DNA of 64,000 nt, from contig CAXHJY010000868.1 in the NCBI GenBank assembly GCA_964016885.1, forward strand, positions 1 to 64,000. Direction: 5' to 3'. Source of the DNA: Eledone cirrhosa. Lineage: Eukaryota. This document shows, piece by piece, positions 40,697-54,567 of the stretch. Below the pieces are notes generated by a model that saw nothing but the letters and a program-made list of their open reading frames with translations, was not told the origin of the DNA and did no database searches. Each line of letters begins with the position of its first letter. The first letter of the stretch is position 1. Position numbers and translations under genes: made by a program.

Positions 40697-41260
40697 TTCT
40701 TTTTCTTCTTCTTCCTGGGAGGGTCATGGGAGTAAAGTCCCCAAACAGACCTTCCAGCAGGTCCTATCCAAAGCAACTGTCTCTGACTGATCCTGCTGTA
40801 TTCCCAAGCGAGACCAGCCAAGCTCATGGATGTTATCCAACCATCTTGCTCAGGGTCTACTCCTGGGTCTCCTGCTGATTGGTTTTGCCCATAAAATCTG
40901 TCCAGCGATTCTTTCCTGCGACATTCTAACCACATGCCCATAGTATCAGAGCTGTGGTCACTCAATTTGGAAAAGTTGCAGCTCTACCTGGAGTGATTCT
41001 CTGGTCTCCAAGCTTCGCACTCTATCAAGTAATGTTACTCCAAAGACCCTTTGGCGGAACCCCATTTCAGCTGCTTGTATTCGATATCGTATTCTTTCAG
41101 TCATTACCTAAGATTCATGACCATAGGTAAGGGTTGGCACGATTACTGAATTGAACATAGTGAGTTTGTCTTTTACACCTACCTCTCTTCTGATTACCGA
41201 ATGCTGAAGCTGGCACATTACTGCATCAGATCCAGCAATTTTTGCACTTAATTCAGGCTC
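40697..41260 (-). mobile_element. RTE-clade LINE 3' fragment (same family as 36560-37150)
   Basis: ELSAKIA...PTLTYGHES, AAEMGFRQRV, (AAG)n tail; high similarity to 36.6-37.1 kb. Confidence 0.8.
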
Positions 41261-42308
41261 TGAAAAATAATTTCTCCCCAAATGCAATGGGAGTGTAGAT
41301 CTGTGAAACTGATGGTCCTTTCGTCCCCTCTCACACTGCTTTTTATACAAACCTAGTCATTTCCAACTGGTTTGGAGTTCTTATTCATTGATAAGATGCG
41401 AAAAAAAACAAAGTCATAGGGAAAACTCAAAGGAGATGGCGACTCACCCTACAACCTCCATTCTCCAGGGGGGATAAAGATTCATCTTCAAGGTTAGATT
41501 AGTTGATAGCACGTGGGGGGGGGGGGGATTTTCCCCGCTGAAATTGAGTGGGGTGTTCTATTATTTACTTAAACTACACCTCACAATAGAGATAGAGGAA
41601 ATAGACAAATGGAGATATGTTGTACTGGAGAGGACTCATTAAACCTATGGAAGCATAATAAAACTGACATAAAAACAATGAGGATGATGTTGTATATATA
41701 TATTCATCCAACTTTAGGCCCTGAACTCATGACAGCATCATAAGAGCCTTGCCTTCAGTATTTAAATCTGTTGGAGATGATCCCTCTCCAAATTTGAACA
41801 AAGTCGATTTCATCAAAAATAGAGAAAGAAAGACAGAAAATAGACTCAGTACTGTCACTTTTTCTACTCACCTTGATGTACCAAAAGGCAAAGAACCTGA
41901 ATATCGTGAAATATAATTAAAAAAGAAAAAAAAGAAAAAGAGTGCACTGTGCAGGCTTCCTTGAGAGGATAAGTGTATTTTCATTCCAGCCATGTACCAC
42001 TTGGCACCAAACTTATCAACTGCAACTCAGTTGAGTTAAGTAACACCATGTCATCTGAAAATTCCAGTCGTATGTTCTTTATTTATTTTCAAATTCCTTT
42101 GTTGATCTTTCTAAAGGATTTGATTTGTGTGAGAATGAAATCATTTGTGTAATTTCATCTAATATGTTTGTAACACCCACTTATCACACCATTGTGTTCT
42201 GTCAATATCAACCATGTATATTGAACAAAACAGTGAATTATATTGCTTCTTTCATTGAATAATATATCTTCTAACTTTTAATCCATAATTTCTCATAATA
42301 TTTTTCAG

Positions 42309-42569
42309 TAATTTTAAAAATGGGATCTTCAACATCAACTCTTATAGAAAATAAGAGAAAGTCATTGAATCAGGAGATTGTAAATCTCCTGAAGAAATAT
42401 CCAAAAGGTATTAAAAAATCAAATTTTTGGAATGTTGTGAACCATAATATAAAAGAAGTTGAATCAAATATAAGTTACGGTGTGACAAATATGGACGAAT
42501 TGTTTGACATTTATAAAAATCTTGAAATTGTCTCAAAGGATAATATTTCATATGTGAAGTTAAAACCAG
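42309..42569 (+). CDS. LOTUS/OST-HTH-like exon, copy 1 (diverged; candidate start ATG at 42320, MGSSTS...)
   Basis: Acceptor tttttcag ends at 42308 and donor CCAG|gtttgt follows 42569. The exon is 261 nt, phase 1-1, with an open frame. The protein LNQEIVNLLKKYPKGI...FW...SYGVTNMDELFDIY..L..V....YVKL fits the LOTUS helix-helix-YG-helix-strand pattern. Confidence 0.75.
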
Positions 42570-44029
42570 GTTTGTAAATATTTATTACTTTCCATATGTT
42601 ACTTTTATAAGAAGAGAAGTTCCAACTATGTGGCTAAAACATACAACAACAATACCATTCATTGTTAATTTCACCATTTATATTTTATGTATTAAATATT
42701 TGTTATTTTCGTAAAAGGACAGAAATTTGGGGTAAGGGGTAAAATTGACTCTTATCATCCTCAATATATTACCAGTACTTTATTTTATTGACCTCTCACT
42801 GATGAAAGACAAAGTTGACCTTGGTGGGAGTTGAACTGTGAACATAAAATTTGAAAGTAAATACCACAAAGTATTTATTCCAATGCGCTAATGACACTGC
42901 CAATGACCTGCCATGACAATTTCTGTAATAATTGTTTCTATTTTTGGTACAAGCTGAGCAATTTAAAGGGAAAAAGAAAGTCAATTAAATTGACTCCATT
43001 GCATTACTGGTATTTTATATAATTCAAACTCTTAATGATGAAAAAGTTAAACTAACACTGGCAGAATTTAAAGTAAGAACATGAAAGTCTGTAACTATAT
43101 ACCACAAAGTACATTGTTAAATTCACTACCAATACTGCCAATCCACCACCCTAGGGTCTCTAATAATAATAATAATTTTTATTTTGTAACAAGACCACCT
43201 ATTTTAGTAAGAATTGTAGTTGATCAATTTCAATACTTCACTAATACTTATTTTATCAACCCTGAAATACTGAAAGATAAAATCAATCTGCACATATTTA
43301 AATACAGAATAAAAATAACATACAACTAAATACTCTACCAATTCTGCTATTCCCCATCATATGATAATAATTATATCAATGATATCTTATTAATATAGCA
43401 AATGAGAGTTTTATAGGCGAATAATGAGAATCAAACAAACTCTATATAATTGTTTCTACTTTTGGCACAAGGCCAGCAATTATCTCAGTGTATTACTGGT
43501 ACTTTATTTTATCGACCCCGTAAGGATGAAAGGCAAAGTTAATCTCGGCGGGATTTGAACTTAGAGCGTAAAGGGCCGTGACTCTATCCTGCAAAACATA
43601 GTGTCCGACTCTCTACTGATACTGCCAAATGTTGTCTAGTTCTTATTGCTGATTATGGCTGTAAAAGAATTAAACAAAAACTTCTGGACATGGAAGTGAA
43701 ACCTAGGATGAAGAGGTCTTAAAGTAAACTTAAGAGAGACCAATATTTTAGTATGTAAAGAAGAAGGCAGGACCTTGCCATAATTGTGGAAATATCTGTT
43801 CTTGATATGTAGAATATAAGAAGGTAAAATAGTATCTATATACCACAGAGGATGTTATCCAATGGTCTACCAACACTACCACTCCACCCCCTTGGGTCTC
43901 CAATAGTAATAATAGTGAAGAACAGATTGTATAATGTTCTATGGTAGCAAGACATGGGCCTTAAGTGACAAAGATTAACCATAGCTAGGTAGATATAAAT
44001 TAATAGAAATATTTTCTCATATTTTTCAG

Positions 44030-44290
44030 TAACATTTCAAATGGAAACTCCATTATTATGTGACATAGAAGAAAGAAGGATGTGGTTAAATAAGGAGATT
44101 GTAAATCTTTTGAAGACATATTCAAAAGGTATAGAAATATCTAATTTTTGGAATATTGTGAACCATTATATAAAAGGAGTTGAATCAAATGACAGTTATG
44201 GTGTGACAAATATGAACGAATTGTTTAAATATTATGAAAATCTTGAAATTGTCTCAGAGAATAATATTTCATATGTGAAATTAAAATCAG
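44030..44290 (+). CDS. LOTUS-like exon, copy 2
   Basis: tttttcag|TAACATTTCAAATG ... TCAG|gtttgt; 261 nt, phase 1-1, no internal stop. Confidence 0.72.
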
Positions 44291-45100
44291 GTTTGTAAAT
44301 ATTTATTATTTTCTATGTTATTTTATGAGAAGAAAAGTTCCAACTATGTGGCTAAAAAAACCCAGCAATGCCATTGATCGTTAATTTCATTTTTTATAAG
44401 AGGAATTTGTAGTTTCCTTGAAACATTTTGTATGGTATATAGAATTTGAAGTTTCAAACCTACATCAATGCGAAATAGATGGATAAAGAGGTTCCATGCA
44501 ACCAGATGTTATGTATTTTACCTGAATTTATTTATATATCCTGATACTTCGAGATTAAAATCTCATCTTCTGAGAAAAATAAAAGGGACTAATCCAGTGT
44601 TTGATGGAACAGGCTATACCTATGTATTAAATATTTCTAATTTTGGTAAAAACATAAATTTGCAGAAAAGGGTAAAGTTGACTATATGATCCTCAATATT
44701 TTACTGGTACTTTATTTTATTGAGCCTCAATGATGAAAGACAAAGTTGACCTTGGTGGGATTTGAACTCTGAACATAAAATGTTGAAAGTAAATACCACA
44801 AAGTATTTATTCCAATGCGCTAATGACCTGCCATGACAATTTCTGTAATAATTGTTTCTATTTTTGGTACAAGCTGAGCAATTTAAAGGGGAAAGAAAGT
44901 CAATTAAATTGACTCCAGTGCATTACTGGTATTGTATATAATTCAAACTCTTAATGATGAAAAAGTTAAATTTACACTGGCAGAATTTAAAGTAAGAACA
45001 TGAAAGTCTGTAACTACATACCACAAAGTACATTGTTAAATTCACTACCAATACTGCCAATCCACCACCCTAGGGTCTCTAATAATAATAATAATTTTTA

Positions 45101-45593
45101 GTAAAACCTACTACAGTCAGTAGGCATCTCTAACAAAATACACCCCGTCCCACCACCCCCACCCCACCCACACCGCCCCTTTCAATGTAAAGTTATGTTG
45201 GTGCCACAACATCCAGGCCGAAACAAATGAGATCGTGTAGGTGTCACGACAAAAAAAACACACAGTCCACGCTGTAATGTGACTGTGTAGGCAACACGGT
45301 AAAAACCTCCCAGTCCCACACTGTAAATGTGGTTGGTGTTAGGAAGGGCATCCAGCTGTAGAAAACCTGCCAGACAGTCCACGCTGTAATGTGGCCGTGT
45401 AGGCAACACGGTAAAAACCTCCCAGCCCCACACTGTAAATGTGGTTGGTGTTAGGAAGGGCAACCAACTGTAGAAAACACGCCAGTCAGTCCTATGCGAG
45501 CAAGACAACCACTCTTGCCTCAAGTGGGAAAACTCCCATCCAAACCCATGCAACCATGGAACACGGACGTTAAACGATGATGATGATGATGAT
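45101..45593 (+). mobile_element. Insertion unique to array unit 2, ending in a SINE-like 3' part with a (GAT)n tail
   Basis: Absent from other units. Contains a duplicated ggtgttaggaagggca.cc..ctgtagaaaac motif and ends ggacgttaaacgatgatgatgatgat. Confidence 0.75.
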
Positions 45594-46445
45594 TTGTAGT
45601 TGATCAATTTCAATACTTCACTAATACTTATTTTATCAACCCTGAAATACTGAAAGATAAAATCAATCTGTACATATTTAAATACAGAATAAAAATAACA
45701 TACAACTAAATACTCTACCAATTCTGCTATTCCCCATCATATGATAATAATTATATCAATGATATCTTATTAATATAGCAAATGAGAGTTTTATAGGCGA
45801 ATAATGAGAATCAAACAAACTATCTAGTCTATATAATTGTTTCTACTTTTGGCACAAGGCCAGCAATTATCTCAGTGTATTACTGGTACTTTATTTTATC
45901 GACCCCATAAGGATGAAAGGCAAAGGTAACCTCGGCGGGATTTGTATTCAGATCATAAAGGGCCGTAACACTTTGCTGCAAAGCTTGGCGTCTGACCCTC
46001 TACCGATACTTCCGAATCCATAGTATATAATTATAGTCTATATAATGTTGTCTAGTTCTTATTGCTGATTATGGCTGTAAAAGAATTAAACAAAAACTTC
46101 TGGACATGGAAGTGAAACCTAGGATGAAGAGGTCTTAAAGTAAACTTAAGAGAGACCAATATTTTAGTATGTAAAGAAGAAGGCAGGACCTTGCCATAAT
46201 TGTGGAAATATCTGTTCTTGATATGTAGAATATAAGAAGGTAAAATAGTATCTATATACCACAGAGGATGTTATCCAATGGTCTACCAACACTACCACTC
46301 CACCCCCTTGGGTCTCCAATAGTAATAATAGTGAAGAACAGATTGTATAATGTTCTATGGTAGCAAGACATGGACCTTAAGTGACAAAGATTAACCATAG
46401 CTAGGTAGATATAAATTAATAGAAATATTTTCTCATATTTTTCAG

Positions 46446-46706
46446 TAACATTTCAAATGGAAACTCCATCATCATGTGACATAGAAGAAAGAAGGATGTG
46501 GTTAAATAAGGAGATTGTAAATCTTCTGAAGACATATCCAAAAGGTATAGAAAAATCTAATTTTTGGAATGTTGTGAACTACAATATAGATGGAGTTGAA
46601 TCAAATGACAGTTATGGTGTGACAAATATGAACGAATTGTTTAAATATTATGAAAATCTTGAAGTTGTCTCAGAGAATAATATTTCATATGTGAAATTAA
46701 AATCAG
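46446..46706 (+). CDS. LOTUS-like exon, copy 3
   Basis: Same splice signals; 261 nt; protein identical to copies 4-8. Confidence 0.72.
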
Positions 46707-47790
46707 GTTTGTAAATATTTATTATTTTCTATGTTATTTTATAAGAAGAAAAGTTCCAACTATGTGGCTAAAAAAACCCAGCAATGCCATTGATCGTTAA
46801 TTTCATTTTTTATAAGAGGAATTTGTAGTTTCCTTGAAACATTTTGTATGGTATATAGAATTTGAAGTTTCAAACCTACATCAATGCGAAATAGATGGAT
46901 AAAGAGGTTCCATGCAACCAGATGTTATGTATTTTACCTGAATTTATTTATATGTCCTAATACTTCGAGATTAAAATCTCATCTTCTGAGAAAAATAAAA
47001 GGGACTAATCCAGTATTTGATGGAACAGGCTATACCTATGTATTAAATATTTCTAATTTTGGTTAAAACAGAAATTTGCAGAAAAGGGTAAAGTTGACTA
47101 TATGATCCTCAATACTTTATTTTATTGACCCCTCAATGATGAAAGACAAAGTTGACCTTGGTGGGATTTGAACTCTGAACATAAAATGTTGAAAGTAAAT
47201 ACCACAAAGTATTTATTCCAATGCGCTAATGACACTGCCAATGACCTGCCATGACAATTTCTGTAATAATTGTTTCTATTTTTGGTACAAGCTGAGCAAT
47301 TTAAAGGGAAAAAGAAAGTCAATTAAATTGACTCCATTGCATTACTGGTATTTTATATAATTCAAACTCTTAATGATGAAAAAGTTAAATTTACACTGGC
47401 AGAATTTAAAGTAAGAACATGAAAGTCTGTAACTACATACCACAAAGTACATTGTTAAATTCACTACCAATACTGCCAATCCACCACCCTAGGGTCTCTA
47501 ATAATAATAATAATTTTTATTTTGTAACAAGACCACCTATTTTAGTAAGAATTGTAGTTGATCAATTTCAATACTTCACTAATACTTATTTTATCAACCC
47601 TGAAATACTGAAAGATAAAATCAATCTGCACATATTTAAATACAGAATAAAAATAACATACAACTAAATACTCTACCAATTCTGCTATTCCCCATCATAT
47701 GATAATAATTATATCAATGATATCTTATTAATATAGCAAATGAGAGTTTTATAGGCGAATAATGAGAATCAAACAAACTGTCTAGTCTAT

Positions 47791-47971
47791 ATAATTGTTT
47801 CTACTTTTGGCACAAGGCCAGCAATTATCTCAGTGTATTACTGGTACTTTATTTTATCGACCCCATAAGGATGAAAGGCAAAGTTAACCTCGGCGGGATT
47901 TGTATTCAGATCATAAAGGGCCGTAACTCTTTGCTGCAAGGCATGGCGTCTGACCCTCTACCGATACTGCC
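47791..47971 (-). mobile_element. SINE (main family) carried in each array intron; representative copy
   Basis: Reverse complement of the 11145 family; recurs at 1968-bp steps. Confidence 0.85.
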
Positions 47972-48402
47972 GATCCATAGTATATAATTATAGTCTATAT
48001 AATGTTGTCTAGTTCTTATTGCTGATTATGGCTGTAAAAGAATTAAACAAAAACTTCTGGACATGGAAGTGAAACCTAGGATGAAGAGGTCTTAAAGTAA
48101 ACTTAAGAGAGACCAATATTTTAGTATGTAAAGAAGAAGGCAGGACCTTGCCATAATTGTGGAAATATCTGTTCTTGATATGTAGAATATAAGAAGGTAA
48201 AATAGTATCTATATACCACAGAGGATGTTATCCAATGGTCTACCAACACTACCACTCCACCCCCTTGGGTCTCCAATAGTAATAATAGTGAAGAACAGAT
48301 TGTATAATGTTCTATGGTAGCAAGACATGGGCCTTAAGTGACAAAGATTAACCATAGCTAGGTAGATATAAATTAATAGAAATATTTTCTCATATTTTTC
48401 AG

Positions 48403-48663
48403 TAACATTTCAAATGGAAACTCCATCATCATGTGACATAGAAGAAAGAAGGATGTGGTTAAATAAGGAGATTGTAAATCTTCTGAAGACATATCCAAAA
48501 GGTATAGAAAAATCTAATTTTTGGAATGTTGTGAACTACAATATAGATGGAGTTGAATCAAATGACAGTTATGGTGTGACAAATATGAACGAATTGTTTA
48601 AATATTATGAAAATCTTGAAGTTGTCTCAGAGAATAATATTTCATATGTGAAATTAAAATCAG
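48403..48663 (+). CDS. LOTUS-like exon, copy 4
   Basis: Same splice signals; 261 nt; phase 1-1. Confidence 0.72.
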
Positions 48664-50370
48664 GTTTGTAAATATTTATTATTTTCTATGTTATTTTATA
48701 AGAAGAAAAGTTCCAACTATGTGGCTAAAAAAACCCAGCAATGCCATTGATCGTTAATTTCATTTTTTATAAGAGGAATTTGTAGTTTCCTTGAAACATT
48801 TTGTATGGTATATAGAATTTGAAGTTTCAAACCTACATCAATGCGAAATAGATGGATAAAGAGGTTCCATGCAACCAGATGTTATGTATTTTACCTGAAT
48901 TTATTTATATGTCCTAATACTTCGAGATTAAAATCTCATCTTCTGAGAAAAATAAAAGGGACTAATCCAGTGTTTGATGGAACAGGCTATACCTATGTAT
49001 TAAATATTTCTAATGTTGGTTAAAACAGAAATTTGCAGAAAAGGGTAAAGTTGACTATATGATCCTCAATATTTTACTGGTACTTTATTTTATTGACCCC
49101 TCAATGATGAAAGACAAAGTTGACCTTGGTGGGATTTGAACTCTGAACATAAAATGTTGAAAGTAAATACCACAAAGTATTTATTCCAATGCGCTAATGA
49201 CACTGCCAATGACCTGCCATGACAATTTCTGTAATAATTGTTTCTATTTTTGGTACAAGCTGAGCAATTTAAAGGGAAAAAGAAAGTCAATTAAATTGAC
49301 TCCATTGCATTACTGGTATTTTATATAATTCAAACTCTTAATGATGAAAAAGTTAAATTTACACTGGCAGAATTTAAAGTAAGAACATGAAAGTCTGTAA
49401 CTACATACCACAAAGTACATTGTTAAATTCACTACCAATACTGCCAATCCACCACCCTAGGGTCTCTAATAATAATAATAATTTTTATTTTGTAACAAGA
49501 CCACCTATTTTAGTAAGAATTGTAGTTGATCAATTTCAATACTTCACTAATACTTATTTTATCAACCCTGAAATACTGAAAGATAAAATCAATCTGCACA
49601 TATTTAAATACAGAATAAAAATAACATACAACTAAATACTCTACCAATTCTGCTATTCCCCATCATATGATAATAATTATATCAATGATATCTTATTAAT
49701 ATAGCAAATGAGAGTTTTATAGGCGAATAATGAGAATCAAACAAACTGTCTAGTCTATATAATTGTTTCTACTTTTGGCACAAGGCCAGCAATTATCTCA
49801 GTGTATTACTGGTACTTTATTTTATCGACCCCATAAGGATGAAAGGCAAAGTTAACCTCGGCGGGATTTGTATTCAGATCATAAAGGGCCGTAACTCTTT
49901 GCTGCAAGGCATGGCGTCTGACCCTCTACCGATACTGCCGATCCATAGTATATAATTATAGTCTATATAATGTTGTCTAGTTCTTATTGCTGATTATGGC
50001 TGTAAAAGAATTAAACAAAAACTTCTGGACATGGAAGTGAAACCTAGGATGAAGAGGTCTTAAAGTAAACTTAAGAGAGACCAATATTTTAGTATGTAAA
50101 GAAGAAGGCAGGACCTTGCCATAATTGTGGAAATATCTGTTCTTGATATGTAGAATATAAGAAGGTAAAATAGTATCTATATACCACAGAGGATGTTATC
50201 CAATGGTCTACCAACACTACCACTCCACCCCCTTGGGTCTCCAATAGTAATAATAGTGAAGAACAGATTGTATAATGTTCTATGGTAGCAAGACATGGGC
50301 CTTAAGTGACAAAGATTAACCATAGCTAGGTAGATATAAATTAATAGAAATATTTTCTCATATTTTTCAG

Positions 50371-50631
50371 TAACATTTCAAATGGAAACTCCATCATCAT
50401 GTGACATAGAAGAAAGAAGGATGTGGTTAAATAAGGAGATTGTAAATCTTCTGAAGACATATCCAAAAGGTATAGAAAAATCTAATTTTTGGAATGTTGT
50501 GAACTACAATATAGATGGAGTTGAATCAAATGACAGTTATGGTGTGACAAATATGAACGAATTGTTTAAATATTATGAAAATCTTGAAGTTGTCTCAGAG
50601 AATAATATTTCATATGTGAAATTAAAATCAG
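50371..50631 (+). CDS. LOTUS-like exon, copy 5
   Basis: Same splice signals; 1968 bp after copy 4. Confidence 0.72.
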
Positions 50632-52338
50632 GTTTGTAAATATTTATTATTTTCTATGTTATTTTATAAGAAGAAAAGTTCCAACTATGTGGCTAAAAAA
50701 ACCCAGCAATGCCATTGATCGTTAATTTCATTTTTTATAAGAGGAATTTGTAGTTTCCTTGAAACATTTTGTATGGTATATAGAATTTGAAGTTTCAAAC
50801 CTACATCAATGCGAAATAGATGGATAAAGAGGTTCCATGCAACCAGATGTTATGTATTTTACCTGAATTTATTTATATGTCCTAATACTTCGAGATTAAA
50901 ATCTCATCTTCTGAGAAAAATAAAAGGGACTAATCCAGTGTTTGATGGAACAGGCTATACCTATGTATTAAATATTTCTAATTTTGGTTAAAACAGAAAT
51001 TTGCAGAAAAGGGTAAAGTTGACTATATGATCCTCAATATTTTACTGGTACTTTATTTTATTGACCCCTCAATGATGAAAGACAAAGTTGACCTTGGTGG
51101 GATTTGAACTCTGAACATAAAATGTTGAAAGTAAATACCACAAAGTATTTATTCCAATGCGCTAATGACACTGCCAATGACCTGCCATGACAATTTCTGT
51201 AATAATTGTTTCTATTTTTGGTACAAGCTGAGCAATTTAAAGGGAAAAAGAAAGTCAATTAAATTGACTCCATTGCATTACTGGTATTTTATATAATTCA
51301 AACTCTTAATGATGAAAAAGTTAAATTTACACTGGCAGAATTTAAAGTAAGAACATGAAAGTCTGTAACTACATACCACAAAGTACATTGTTAAATTCAC
51401 TACCAATACTGCCAATCCACCACCCTAGGGTCTCTAATAATAATAATAATTTTTATTTTGTAACAAGACCACCTATTTTAGTAAGAATTGTAGTTGATCA
51501 ATTTCAATACTTCACTAATACTTATTTTATCAACCCTGAAATACTGAAAGATAAAATCAATCTGCACATATTTAAATACAGAATAAAAATAACATACAAC
51601 TAAATACTCTACCAATTCTGCTATTCCCCATCATATGATAATAATTATATCAATGATATCTTATTAATATAGCAAATGAGAGTTTTATAGGCGAATAATG
51701 AGAATCAAACAAACTGTCTAGTCTATATAATTGTTTCTACTTTTGGCACAAGGCCAGCAATTATCCCAGTGTATTACTGGTACTTTATTTTATCGACCCC
51801 ATAAGGATGAAAGGCAAAGTTAACCTCGGCGGGATTTGTATTCAGATCATAAAGGGCCGTAACTCTTTGCTGCAAGGCATGGCGTCTGACCCTCTACCGA
51901 TACTGCCGATCCATAGTATATAATTATAGTCTATATAATGTTGTCTAGTTCTTATTGCTGATTATGGCTGTAAAAGAATTAAACAAAAACTTCTGGACAT
52001 GGAAGTGAAACCTAGGATGAAGAGGTCTTAAAGTAAACTTAAGAGAGACCAATATTTTAGTATGTAAAGAAGAAGGCAGGACCTTGCCATAATTGTGGAA
52101 ATATCTGTTCTTGATATGTAGAATATAAGAAGGTAAAATAGTATCTATATACCACAGAGGATGTTATCCAATGGTCTACCAACACTACCACTCCACCCCC
52201 TTGGGTCTCCAATAGTAATAATAGTGAAGAACAGATTGTATAATGTTCTATGGTAGCAAGACATGGGCCTTAAGTGACAAAGATTAACCATAGCTAGGTA
52301 GATATAAATTAATAGAAATATTTTCTCATATTTTTCAG

Positions 52339-52599
52339 TAACATTTCAAATGGAAACTCCATCATCATGTGACATAGAAGAAAGAAGGATGTGGTTAAAT
52401 AAGGAGATTGTAAATCTTCTGAAGACATATCCAAAAGGTATAGAAAAATCTAATTTTTGGAATGTTGTGAACTACAATATAGATGGAGTTGAATCAAATG
52501 ACAGTTATGGTGTGACAAATATGAACGAATTGTTTAAATATTATGAAAATCTTGAAGTTGTCTCAGAGAATAATATTTCATATGTGAAATTAAAATCAG
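52339..52599 (+). CDS. LOTUS-like exon, copy 6
   Basis: Same splice signals; 1968 bp after copy 5. Confidence 0.72.
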
Positions 52600-54306
52600 G
52601 TTTGTAAATATTTATTATTTTCTATGTTATTTTATAAGAAGAAAAGTTCCAACTATGTGGCTAAAAAAACCCAGCAATGCCATTGATCGTTAATTTCATT
52701 TTTTATAAGAGGAATTTGTAGTTTCCTTGAAACATTTTGTATGGTATATAGAATTTGAAGTTTCAAACCTACATCAATGCGAAATAGATGGATAAAGAGG
52801 TTCCATGCAACCAGATGTTATGTATTTTACCTGAATTTATTTATATGTCCTAATACTTCGAGATTAAAATCTCATCTTCTGAGAAAAATAAAAGGGACTA
52901 ATCCAGTGTTTGATGGAACAGGCTATACCTATGTATTAAATATTTCTAATTTTGGTTAAAACAGAAATTTGCAGAAAAGGGTAAAGTTGACTATATGATC
53001 CTCAATATTTTACTGGTACTTTATTTTATTGACCCCTCAATGATGAAAGACAAAGTTGACCTTGGTGGAATTTGAACTCTGAACATAAAATGTTGAAAGT
53101 AAATACCACAAAGTATTTATTCCAATGCGCTAATGACACTGCCAATGACCTGCCATGACAATTTCTGTAATAATTGTTTCTATTTTTGGTACAAGCTGAG
53201 CAATTTAAAGGGAAAAAGAAAGTCAATTAAATTGACTCCATTGCATTACTGGTATTTTATATAATTCAAACTCTTAATGATGAAAAAGTTAAATTTACAC
53301 TGGCAGAATTTAAAGTAAGAACATGAAAGTCTGTAACTACATACCACAAAGTACATTGTTAAATTCACTACCAATACTGCCAATCCACCACCCTAGGGTC
53401 TCTAATAATAATAATAATTTTTATTTTGTAACAAGACCACCTATTTTAGTAAGAATTGTAGTTGATCAATTTCAATACTTCACTAATACTTATTTTATCA
53501 ACCCTGAAATACTGAAAGATAAAATCAATCTGCACATATTTAAATACAGAATAAAAATAACATACAACTAAATACTCTACCAATTCTGCTATTCCCCATC
53601 ATATGATAATAATTATATCAATGATATCTTATTAATATAGCAAATGAGAGTTTTATAGGCGAATAATGAGAATCAAACAAACTGTCTAGTCTATATAATT
53701 GTTTCTACTTTTGGCACAAGGCCAGCAATTATCTCAGTGTATTACTGGTACTTTATTTTATCGACCCCATAAGGATGAAAGGCAAAGTTAACCTCGGCGG
53801 GATTTGTATTCAGATCATAAAGGGCCGTAACTCTTTGCTGCAAGGCATGGCGTCTGACCCTCTACCGATACTGCCGATCCATAGTATATAATTATAGTCT
53901 ATATAATGTTGTCTAGTTCTTATTGCTGATTATGGCTGTAAAAGAATTAAACAAAAACTTCTGGACATGGAAGTGAAACCTAGGATGAAGAGGTCTTAAA
54001 GTAAACTTAAGAGAGACCAATATTTTAGTATGTAAAGAAGAAGGCAGGACCTTGCCATAATTGTGGAAATATCTGTTCTTGATATGTAGAATATAAGAAG
54101 GTAAAATAGTATCTATATACCACAGAGGATGTTATCCAATGGTCTACCAACACTACCACTCCACCCCCTTGGGTCTCCAATAGTAATAATAGTGAAGAAC
54201 AGATTGTATAATGTTCTATGGTAGCAAGACATGGGCCTTAAGTGACAAAGATTAACCATAGCTAGGTAGATATAAATTAATAGAAATATTTTCTCATATT
54301 TTTCAG

Positions 54307-54567
54307 TAACATTTCAAATGGAAACTCCATCATCATGTGACATAGAAGAAAGAAGGATGTGGTTAAATAAGGAGATTGTAAATCTTCTGAAGACATATCC
54401 AAAAGGTATAGAAAAATCTAATTTTTGGAATGTTGTGAACTACAATATAGATGGAGTTGAATCAAATGACAGTTATGGTGTGACAAATATGAACGAATTG
54501 TTTAAATATTATGAAAATCTTGAAGTTGTCTCAGAGAATAATATTTCATATGTGAAATTAAAATCAG
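54307..54567 (+). CDS. LOTUS-like exon, copy 7
   Basis: Same splice signals; 1968 bp after copy 6. Confidence 0.72.

Noticed and set aside
41560-42250. Possible upstream coding exon of the NOV-like gene
   Set aside because: No long open frame; FVDLSKGFD near 42100 suggests a decayed RT fragment instead.
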